Translations under genes and position numbers: made by a program
Part shown: positions 46,929 through 55,416 of the stretch, in pieces
Numbering within the stretch: position 1 is the first letter of the stretch
Layout: every line of letters begins with the position of its first letter
The notes under the pieces: model-generated
Told to the model about the DNA's origin: nothing
Databases searched by the model: none
What the model saw: only the letters and a program-made list of their open reading frames with translations
Assembly: GCA_965205205.1 (NCBI GenBank)
Contig: CBDBFX010000002.1
Span: 1,373,506-1,437,505, forward strand
Reading direction: 5' to 3'
Origin: Arenicellales bacterium
GTDB lineage: Bacteria > Pseudomonadota > Gammaproteobacteria > Arenicellales > JAJDZL01
Length of the DNA: 64,000 nt

Positions 46929-49850
46929 ATGCCTGAAGAAAAACACCCACAAAGCCTCGATGAACTGGAGTCCATCAACGACTTCGTCAGAAGGCACATC
47001 GGACCTGGTCCCACCCAAGTTCAGGCGATGCTGGACGAACTCGGCGTCGACACTCTTAATACACTGATTGAACAGACGGTACCCAAACAGCTGCTCAGTA
47101 ATAAAGCGTTGAATCTGAGTGTTCCCGTTGGTGAGAATGAAACCATCAGCTATATCCGCCGAATGCGCGAACGAAATCAGGTTTTCACCTCCATGATCGG
47201 CATGGGATACCATCCGACGATTCTGCCGGGTGTGATCCGACGCAACATTTTTGAAGACCCAGGCTGGTATACCGCGTATACGCCTTATCAGGCTGAAGTC
47301 AGTCAAGGGCGTCTTGAGGCACTGCTGGTGTTTCAGGAAATGTTGATTGATCTGACGGCCATGGAACTCGCCAACGCTTCCCTGCTGGATGAGGCCACAG
47401 CCGCCGCCGAAGCGATGTCCATGGCGAAACGCGTAACCAAATCCAACGCCAACCGCTTTCTGGTATCGGATGACTGCCACCCACAGACCATTGCAGTTGT
47501 GCAGACGCGGGCGAGATCGCTTGGACTTGAAGTCATATTGGGTAGTATTGATCAACTGATCGATCAAGAGGATGATTTCTTCGGCATCCTCATCCAGTAC
47601 CCTGGTTCAAGCGGCCGAATTTCAGATATTGGATCCATCATTGCAACCGCACACTCAAAGAAAGCGATTGTCACCGTTGCAACCGACCTGTTGTCTCTGT
47701 GCCTGATCAAGCCACCGGGTGAATTTGATGCCGATATCGTAGTCGGCAACTCACAGCGGTTCGGAGTGCCCATGGCTTATGGCGGCCCGCACGCAGCATT
47801 TCTCGCTACGCGGTATGAATATCGGCGCACCATCCCGGGACGATTGATCGGAGTTTCCATTGACTCGCGCGGCAGGCCAGCTCTGCGCATGGCGCTGCAG
47901 ACGCGCGAACAGCACATCCGCCGCGACAAGGCAACGAGCAACATTTGTACCGCCCAAGTCTTATTGGCGATCGTAGCCGCGTTCTATGCCATGTACCATG
48001 GGCCGCAAGGACTGCGGGATATCGCAGCCAGGGTTAACCGCTATGCACAGATTACCGCGGAAGGGTTGCGCCGACTGGGTTACAGCATCGTTCATGACAC
48101 CTATTTTGATACCCTGACGGTCAACGCGCACGGACAGGCGCGCCGCATCGCGGCCAGGGCAAGGGAGATCCGCATCAATCTTCGCGTTGTCGATGCAGAT
48201 CATCTCGGCATATCGCTGGATGAAACGACCAAACGCGTTCATCTTGAGAGGCTCTGGTCAATTTTCGACACCAATGCAAATTCAAAAATTTCAATCGATC
48301 AGATCGACGCCCAGATCAGCGGCTGCATACCAGAGACGCTGAGACGCACCTCGGAGTACCTGACTCACCCCACGTTTAACCTGTATCAATCAGAAACACT
48401 CATGCTACGATACATCCGACATCTTGGGCAAAAAGACATTGCGCTGAACCGGTCGATGATACCCCTCGGTTCCTGCACCATGAAGCTCAATTCTACGACT
48501 GAAATGACACCCGTAACCTTTCACAAGTTCAGTGCCATTCATCCGTTCGCACCATTGGACCAAACCCAGGGCTATCATCAGTTGGTTGAAGAACTTGAAA
48601 CCATGCTGTGCGAGATTACCGGATTTGATGCCATTTCGTTTCAACCCAACGCCGGCTCACAAGGCGAGTATGCGGGGCTTCTGTGCATCAAGCGCTATTT
48701 TGAAGTTTGCGGCCAAAGTCACCGGGACATCTGTCTCATTCCACAATCGGCGCACGGCACCAACCCTGCCAGTGCCGCCTTGGCGGGCCTGCGGGTGGTC
48801 GTCGTCAAGTGCGATGACAGCGGAAACGTTGATGTCGAGGACTTGAAGGCGAAACTGGAGAAGTACGCCGAACATATCGCAGCACTGATGATCACCTATC
48901 CGTCGACACATGGCGTATTCGAAGAAGCCATCGTTGAAATCTGCAACCTGATGCACGATTGTGGTGCACAGGTCTATTTGGATGGCGCCAACATGAACGC
49001 GATGGTGGGACTGTGTAAACCAGCCGAGATCGGTGCAGATGTCTGTCATCTCAACCTGCACAAAACTTTCTGCATTCCACATGGTGGAGGTGGTCCCGGT
49101 ATGGGTCCGATAGGCGTCAAATCGCACCTTGCGCCTTACCTTCCCGACCACACGGTCGTCGAAGGTGTCAATCCCTATGCCGGTAAACAGCCAACGGTCG
49201 GAGCCATTTCGGCCGCACCTTGGGGTTCCGCTGGAATACTGCCAATATCTTGGGCCTATATTTCGCTGATGGGCGGAGATGGCCTGCGCCATGCAACCGA
49301 AATTGCAATTTTGAATGCGAACTATATGGCGAAAAAACTGGAGTCGCATTTTCCAATTCTCTACAAAGGGAAATACGGCCGCGTCGCTCATGAATGTATC
49401 GTTGACATGAGAGAAATTCGCAAAAGCAGTGGCGTTACAGTCGAAGATGTCGCAAAACGTCTGATGGACTTCGGATTTCATGCGCCGACCATTTCGTTTC
49501 CAGTTGCCGATACGATGATGATTGAGCCCACTGAGAGTGAGGCCAAACGAGAAATTGATCGATATTGCGATGCAATGGCCGCCATTCGTCAGGAGATTGC
49601 CGATATCGAATCCGGTCAATCAGATCCAGATAACAACCCGCTCAAAAATGCGCCGCACACCTTCGATCAGCTGATTGCTGATGACTGGAATCTGCCATAT
49701 TCGAGGCAGCAGGCATTTTTTCCACTGGATTGGGTGTGGCAGGACAAGTATTGGCCACCGGTTGGCAGGATCGACAATGTCTACGGCGACCGACACGTTG
49801 TCTGCAGTTGTCCACCGATGTCCGAATGGATAGAAGCAGATGAACATTAG
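46929..49850 (+). CDS. gcvP: glycine dehydrogenase (decarboxylating), single-chain P protein
   Basis: 973 aa. FVRRHIGP, YTPYQAE(V)SQGRLEAL, NLHKTFCIPHGGGGPG. Confidence 0.9.
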   Translation: MPEEKHPQSLDELESINDFVRRHIGPGPTQVQAMLDELGVDTLNTLIEQTVPKQLLSNKALNLSVPVGENETISYIRRMRERNQVFTSMIGMGYHPTILPGVIRRNIFEDPGWYTAYTPYQAEVSQGRLEALLVFQEMLIDLTAMELANASLLDEATAAAEAMSMAKRVTKSNANRFLVSDDCHPQTIAVVQTRARSLGLEVILGSIDQLIDQEDDFFGILIQYPGSSGRISDIGSIIATAHSKKAIVTVATDLLSLCLIKPPGEFDADIVVGNSQRFGVPMAYGGPHAAFLATRYEYRRTIPGRLIGVSIDSRGRPALRMALQTREQHIRRDKATSNICTAQVLLAIVAAFYAMYHGPQGLRDIAARVNRYAQITAEGLRRLGYSIVHDTYFDTLTVNAHGQARRIAARAREIRINLRVVDADHLGISLDETTKRVHLERLWSIFDTNANSKISIDQIDAQISGCIPETLRRTSEYLTHPTFNLYQSETLMLRYIRHLGQKDIALNRSMIPLGSCTMKLNSTTEMTPVTFHKFSAIHPFAPLDQTQGYHQLVEELETMLCEITGFDAISFQPNAGSQGEYAGLLCIKRYFEVCGQSHRDICLIPQSAHGTNPASAALAGLRVVVVKCDDSGNVDVEDLKAKLEKYAEHIAALMITYPSTHGVFEEAIVEICNLMHDCGAQVYLDGANMNAMVGLCKPAEIGADVCHLNLHKTFCIPHGGGGPGMGPIGVKSHLAPYLPDHTVVEGVNPYAGKQPTVGAISAAPWGSAGILPISWAYISLMGGDGLRHATEIAILNANYMAKKLESHFPILYKGKYGRVAHECIVDMREIRKSSGVTVEDVAKRLMDFGFHAPTISFPVADTMMIEPTESEAKREIDRYCDAMAAIRQEIADIESGQSDPDNNPLKNAPHTFDQLIADDWNLPYSRQQAFFPLDWVWQDKYWPPVGRIDNVYGDRHVVCSCPPMSEWIEADEH

Positions 49851-49942
49851 GGTGTAGATTTTGATGGTGTGCCGGACTTTAGGCACTGAGACGAGCCACG
49901 GTGATGCGACGATGTCCGGCTGCTAATTTCCGCTCCTTTAAG

Positions 49943-50502
49943 TCGAAGTTCTGGAAGTAAATAGACGATAGGTGTTTGTTATTTTGGTGATATGACGACT
50001 ATCCAATGCTCAATTTCTAACCAATTTTAATTTTTACGTGAAGACACAAGGTGCCTAGGTGTCCGTGCAGGCCGCGGAAGTGATGGGTCGGATGACCATC
50101 TACCGTGCGCCGCGTCGCCGCTTTGTGGTGGGCACTGGCAGAAAGAACGCTGGGACGCACCGGTGAGCCTGGCCTCCTCCTGGGCGGTCATCGTCCGCGA
50201 ACAGCAGTGGTGCCATGCCTGTCTTAGGGGCCACTCAACGTGATCGGCGAGCAGGCACAGGAAGATGGAAAAGGGGGGGGGCGCGAACTCGTTCAGTCAG
50301 CCGATGATGGATCGGACGTACCTGCAGATCAATCGTTTTCAGACAGCGGAACGCCCGTTACACGCTGGCCAGGCTATTGTAGGGGCGCACGGCGGCACTC
50401 GGCTCCCAGTCTGGATTCGGACACCGAGATGCGAACCACATAGATGCCGTCCAGCCGTGCTTCTCAGGCGATGCCCTTGACCCGACCTAGGCGCAGGGTG
50501 AT
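49943..50502 (-). mobile_element. IS1634-type B relic, copy 2 (heavily decayed)
   Basis: The first ~95 nt are near-identical to 26663-26760. The remainder aligns with copy 1 but has stops, a deletion of the KHFDT..DSIPR block, and a G9 tract (50273-50281). Confidence 0.7.
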
Positions 50503-50701
50503 GGTCTGACAGATTCAGACCGGAACCGACAAGGTTCGACACCTCCTTTCCGGGCGCCAGCCGTCGCATCTGACCGATCATATTCACAATGCTGCCGATG
50601 AGGTCGCGCCGACCCACGAAATAGATTGCCTCTTCCCTGTCGGAGCACTCTGAAAACTCCGTCAGACCCCTTTCCTTTTCCTCATTCCACATGGCTTCCA
50701 T
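50503..50701 (-). pseudogene. ATPase 5' stub
   Basis: MEAMWNEEKERGLTEFSECSDREEAIYFVGRRDLIGSIVNMIGQMRRLAPGKEVSNLVGSGLNLSD. Ends at the palindrome (50503-50521), fused to the IS1634-B relic at the same point as at 29217. Confidence 0.8.
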
Positions 50702-50842
50702 GATGCATCAGATCAACTGTATTCACCGGCGCAAAGCGACCGTCAAAACCTGACTGCGGTTCTGGTTTTCTCAGGCCTGCTGGCGGCGCCGGCCGCGGTT
50801 TTCGCGGAGGCGTCCTGGTACGGCTCGCTGCGCGGCGGCGTC

Positions 50843-52120
50843 ATGCTCGACAAGGGCCAGGACACCGAGTTCTACGACGGTGGCTCGCGCTGGGGCATCA
50901 AAGGCGCCAACGAGATTTCGGAAGGCCTGACCGCGGTCTACAACTTCGAGCACGAGATCAGCACCGCGGATGCCGGTCAGGCCAAAGGCCGGCTGGCCTA
51001 CGTGGGCCTGTCCGGCGGCTTCGGCTCGCTGACGCTGGGACAGATCTGGAGCGCCAGCTACAACCACACCGGCGTCATCCGCGACATCAGCAACTGGCAC
51101 AGCGCCCACGAATCCAGTGGCCGGGTCGGCAGCGCCCTGTCCTATGCCTATACGGGTGACGCTTTCAGCGTGCAGTTCGACGCCATCATGGCCGGTGGGA
51201 AAGACACCGGCAAGGCCGTCGATCAGTGGGAACTCGGCGCGACGGTGAACATCGGCGATATCGGCAAGGTCGCCTTCGCCCATGTGAAGAAGGAAGACCA
51301 GATGATGGACATGATGACGCCAGCTACAATCTCTTATAATGTTGTCAATAATGTCGTTCAGGCGGCAGCAGACGGCAAGACAACAATAATGCCAAAGAAA
51401 GTCAAAGTCTACGTGAAAGCGAAAGTAGGAGGGACAGGAGCAGATAAAGATAATAAGGGGAAATTCAACGATGCGGACCTCGACAGTGCCAACGACCGAG
51501 CGAATCTTCGCAGTGGTATTACCATAACAGCCCTTCGCAAGGGCAATAAACCCGTAGGCGATCCCGACAATTATTGGTTCTTCGTTGATGACGCCAGCGA
51601 AAAGACAGGCGCTGCTTATGATTGCCTGACTGCTGACAGCAAGATTTCCGACGATTGTGTCGGAATAGATATCTATGCACAATTCTATACGACATCCTCT
51701 AACCTGGACGAAAAGCTTTACTTTCTGCCGACCGAACCAGGCGTGACGGCGGCCGGCACGAAAAAAGTCATCAGCGAGTATGGTAGCAAGTCGAGTCACG
51801 TGTCGGCATCGTTTGAGATTGGTGCGGTGACCTTGGGTCTGGGCCATTCGACGACGAAATCCATGGATCCGACGAATACGATGAAGGCGAAGACGAACTA
51901 CATCGGTGCTTCGGGTGGGATTGGCGATACCGGACTGAGCTGGAACGCTTGGTATCGGAACAATAAGGATTTCAAAGGCGTGAAGACGAAGCCTTGGACC
52001 ATCGGCCTGAAAAAGACCCTGGGCGGTGGCGCCTGGGCCTATGTCGAGCATGGGAACGATGGCAAAAAGGGTAAGGATAAATCCAGCAGCACGGTGGTCG
52101 GACTGGGGGTGAATTTCTAG
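50843..52120 (+). CDS. porin P5 (type-II central insert); start unresolved
   Basis: Full barrel blocks and terminal VGLGVNF. The track start ATG 50843 removes the signal peptide. The signal-peptide codons are in frame upstream, but the TTG seen in P3 is CTG here. Confidence 0.75.
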   Translation: MLDKGQDTEFYDGGSRWGIKGANEISEGLTAVYNFEHEISTADAGQAKGRLAYVGLSGGFGSLTLGQIWSASYNHTGVIRDISNWHSAHESSGRVGSALSYAYTGDAFSVQFDAIMAGGKDTGKAVDQWELGATVNIGDIGKVAFAHVKKEDQMMDMMTPATISYNVVNNVVQAAADGKTTIMPKKVKVYVKAKVGGTGADKDNKGKFNDADLDSANDRANLRSGITITALRKGNKPVGDPDNYWFFVDDASEKTGAAYDCLTADSKISDDCVGIDIYAQFYTTSSNLDEKLYFLPTEPGVTAAGTKKVISEYGSKSSHVSASFEIGAVTLGLGHSTTKSMDPTNTMKAKTNYIGASGGIGDTGLSWNAWYRNNKDFKGVKTKPWTIGLKKTLGGGAWAYVEHGNDGKKGKDKSSSTVVGLGVNF

Positions 52121-52147
52121 AGATTGACTTTCAGTCGATGAGAATGG

Positions 52148-52177
52148 AACGGGGTGCGATAGCACCCCGTTTCTTTT
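52148..52177 (+). terminator. rho-independent terminator after P5
   Basis: AACGGGGTGC-GATA-GCACCCCGTT followed by TCTTTT. Confidence 0.75.
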
Positions 52178-52500
52178 GAACTCCACATGAAACGCTGAGG
52201 AAAGACAGGCATCTCAGATTCACCGTTCGGCACTTGTTCGGCGATGTTGGTAGAAATTCACTTTGCGGCGTCCCCGAACCGGCCTGAGTCCGATTGAATC
52301 GACGGTCATGTTCAGGGTTGGGGCTACAACCGAAGCCTCAGGTGACCTTCACATCCAGAGTGCGCGAAACGGACTTCCGCGATAATGAGATCGGGTGCAG
52401 AAGCGGTCTGCGGGAACCTCGAGCGAATGGTGGACTGAGATCCTGTCTGTCAGGAAAGGTCATATACGGCACACGGTAAACATGATGATCTGAAGCGGAA

Positions 52501-52528
52501 ACGAAACGGGGTGCGAGAGCACCCCGTT
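52501..52528 (-). terminator. hairpin terminator after P6
   Basis: On the minus strand: AACGGGGTGC-TCTC-GCACCCCGTT followed by TCGTTT. Confidence 0.6.
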
Positions 52529-52558
52529 CCATTCTCACCGACGTGAAAGAGCCGGTCG

Positions 52559-53935
52559 CTAGAAATTCACGCCCAGGCCGACCACCGTGTTGCCGCCTTT
52601 CTCTTTGCCTTTCTTGCCGTTGTTCCCGTGCTCGACATAGGCCCAGGCACCACCGCCCAGGGTCTTTTTCAGGCCGATGGTCCAGGGCTTCGTCTTCTCC
52701 ATCATGCCAGAATCGGCATCATATGCCTCCTTGGTCCGATACCAAGCGTTCCAGCTCAGTCCGGTATCGCCAATCCCACCCGAAGCACCGATGTAGTTCG
52801 TCTTCGCCTTCTTCGTCTTCATCGGATCCATGGACTTCGTCGTCGAATGGCCCAGACCCAAGGTCACCGCACCGACATCAAAAGACGCCGACACATGACT
52901 CGACTTCTCACCATAGTCCATCTCATCCTCAACATGCTCGGGAGCGAAATAGAATGTTTCTTCATCTATTTCATTCTTTTTCAATGTGGCCTTATAGCCC
53001 GTAGTCTCTGCACAAAGTGCATCAGTAACAGCAGCAGTTGGTTTTGTTGTTGGATTAGGTGCGAGTGCCTTCTTACAAGTATCTATAGTACCATACACAA
53101 AAGCATCATTTTGTTTGGTAAATTTATTTTCGGCGGCGGCGGTACCAGAAGTTTCAAGCTTCATAACGCCAAAATCAGCATCACTCGCCACCGATTTATT
53201 TGTCGTATGTTTAATTCGTTCATTGTCCTTGTCATAATTGGTGCCATCCTTCTTGACATAAACGGTGAGTGATTGAACAGGGATTCTCATCACCTTTCCT
53301 TCTCCTTTATTGGTCAGGAATAGCGAACCGCTCGGCGCCGTCCATAGCATCGGACTGTACCGCCATCGGGGATTATTGGAGACGGATTTGTCGGTCCACT
53401 TTGTCACTCTCACCATTTTATTGCCCGTTTTGGCATCTTCCTTCTTCACATGGGCGAAGGCGACTTTGCCGATGTCGCCGATGTTCACCGTCGCTCCGAG
53501 TTCCCACTGATCGATGGCCTTGCCGGAGTCTTTCTTACCGTCCATGATGGCGTCGAACTGCACACTGAAGGCGTCGCCGACAAACGAATACGACAGGGCG
53601 TTGCCGACCCGGACGCTGGTGTCGCTGGCGCTGTGCCAGTTGGCGATGTCGCGGATGACGCCGGCGTGGTTATAGCTGGCGCTCCAGATCTGTCCCGCCG
53701 TCAGCGTGCCGAAGCCACCGGACAGCCCCACGTAGGCCAGCCGGCCGCCGGGCTGACCGGCGTCCGCGGTGCTGATCTTGTGCTCGAAGTTGTAGACCGC
53801 GGACAGGCCTTCCGACACCTCGTTGGAGCCTTTGATGCCCCAGCGCGAGCCGCCGTCGTAGAACTGGGCGTCTTTGCCCTTGTCCAGCATGACGCCACCG
53901 CGCAGCGAGCCGTACCAGGATGCTTCGGCGAACAC
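52559..53935 (-). CDS. porin P6 (type-I central insert); start unresolved
   Basis: Same architecture as P2. The track start is the GTG inside the signal-peptide cleavage region. The upstream in-frame leader reads TTG CAT TGA. Confidence 0.75.
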   Translation of the reverse strand: MFAEASWYGSLRGGVMLDKGKDAQFYDGGSRWGIKGSNEVSEGLSAVYNFEHKISTADAGQPGGRLAYVGLSGGFGTLTAGQIWSASYNHAGVIRDIANWHSASDTSVRVGNALSYSFVGDAFSVQFDAIMDGKKDSGKAIDQWELGATVNIGDIGKVAFAHVKKEDAKTGNKMVRVTKWTDKSVSNNPRWRYSPMLWTAPSGSLFLTNKGEGKVMRIPVQSLTVYVKKDGTNYDKDNERIKHTTNKSVASDADFGVMKLETSGTAAAENKFTKQNDAFVYGTIDTCKKALAPNPTTKPTAAVTDALCAETTGYKATLKKNEIDEETFYFAPEHVEDEMDYGEKSSHVSASFDVGAVTLGLGHSTTKSMDPMKTKKAKTNYIGASGGIGDTGLSWNAWYRTKEAYDADSGMMEKTKPWTIGLKKTLGGGAWAYVEHGNNGKKGKEKGGNTVVGLGVNF

Positions 53936-54033
53936 TGCGGCCGGCGCCGCCAGCAGGCCTGAGAAAACCAGAACCGCAGTCAGGTTTTGACGGTCGCTTT
54001 GCGCCGGTCAATGCAACTGACACCCGATGCATC

Positions 54034-54241
54034 ATGGAAGCCATGTGGAATGAGGAAAAGTAAGGGGTCTGACGGAGTTTTCAGAACGTTCTGACAGGGA
54101 AGAGGCACTCTATTTCGTGGGTTGACGGGACCTCATCGCCGGGATGGAGAAAACGGTCGGTCAGATGCGGCGATGGGAGGACGGAAAGGAGTTGATGCGT
54201 CGAACCTTGTCGGTTCTGGTCTGAATCTTTCAGACCAGCGC
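54034..54241 (+). pseudogene. ATPase 5' stub, degenerate
   Basis: MEAMWNEEK then TAA at 54061, plus later frameshifts. Ends at the palindrome variant GGTCTGAATCTTTCAGACC (54218-54236) + AGCGC. Confidence 0.75.
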
Positions 54242-54455
54242 CCTGCGCCTGGGTCGGGTCAAGTGCCGATTCAAGGTGGCCAAGCATTTCGACACCGTGA
54301 TCACCGACACCACCTTTCACTACGCCCGCAACAACGATTCGATCGCCCGAGAATTACGGCTGGACGGCATCTATGTGGTTCGCACCTCGGTGTCCGAATC
54401 CAGACTGGAGGCGAGTGCCGACGTGCGGCGCCTACAAGAGCCTGGCACGTCCGGA
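54242..54455 (+). mobile_element. IS1634-type B relic, copy 3
   Basis: LRLGRVKCRFKVAKHFDTVITDTTFHYARNNDSIARELRLDGIYVVRTSVSESRLEASADV, then cut by an IS-B-like end. Confidence 0.75.
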
Positions 54456-55416
54456 GACACAACATCCCACACATAAGTCTTTCCATTCTGGGCCATGCTC
54501 CGCCTTCTGAGCGCCCGATAGGTGAAGACCGACTCCCGCAGTAGCACATACCCCTGCCACAGTTTCATGATGCCCGGCAGCGGCTGACTGCGACGCGGAT
54601 GAAAACCCGCCAGCCGCGCCACATCGACGACGAAACTGCGGATGTCCGTCGCCTCGCCGGGCGGCGGCTTTGGTCGGCGGATGCCATAATCATCCAGGCG
54701 GGCGTTCAGCACCAGCAGGTCATCTTCACTCACCACCTCGTCGGCCGGCGTCTGCTGGCGGTCGCCGCGGCGCCAGCCGCACCCGCGCTGCCCACAACTC
54801 CAGCCGCACCTCGCGTCCCGCACGCTTCCGCCTCCCCCCGCAGGCCACCACCTGCACGGTCTTTTCCGCCAGCTGCGCCCACAGACACTCGCGCTCCCCC
54901 CCCCCTGCCAACAGCACCTCGCGGCGACTCCCGCGCCGCACCCGAACCAGCAACCCGGCCGACTGCGAACGCGCCTGATCCAGCAGCCCCCACAGGTCGC
55001 CCTCCCGATCGCATACCGTCACCACCCGCGTCCGCGCACAGGGCCGCTCCAGACCCTCGCCCCAGCGCTCGCTTTCCAGCTCCAGCCGATCCGCATAGTC
55101 CGCATCCAGCGCATACACCCCCAAGGGACGACCCGCCTCGTTCACCGCTAGACCAACATGCGCCTTCAGACCCTGCACGCCCGACCCACCGCCACCAATG
55201 TTCACCAGCCCCGATGTCGCCGGCCGACTCGCATAGTTCAGCGCCGTCGTGTCCTGCAGCGCCAGCACCACCGGCTCCAGCCGACAGCGATCCACCATCG
55301 CCGCCCAGTGCGGCTACGAGATGTGTTCCATTGTCACTCGCTCATTTGATAACAGCCGGTAAGCCGCACGCAAGTCCGCCCGCCGTGGAAAGATCTGCGG
55401 CAGCGACGCCCCCGGC

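Noticed and set aside
50273-50281. Homopolymer tracts (G9 at 50273-50281 and C10 at 54896-54905) as phase-variation switches.
   Set aside because: Both lie inside already dead IS relics, where the intact homologues have mixed sequence. They are most likely slippage mutations or sequencing artefacts with no gene to control.
50771-52186. 471-aa ORF antisense to porin P5. Similar antisense ORFs occur at 29499..30011, 38612..39136 and 53450..53962.
   Set aside because: The sense strand encodes a clearly recognisable porin, and the antisense product has no motifs and no independent support.
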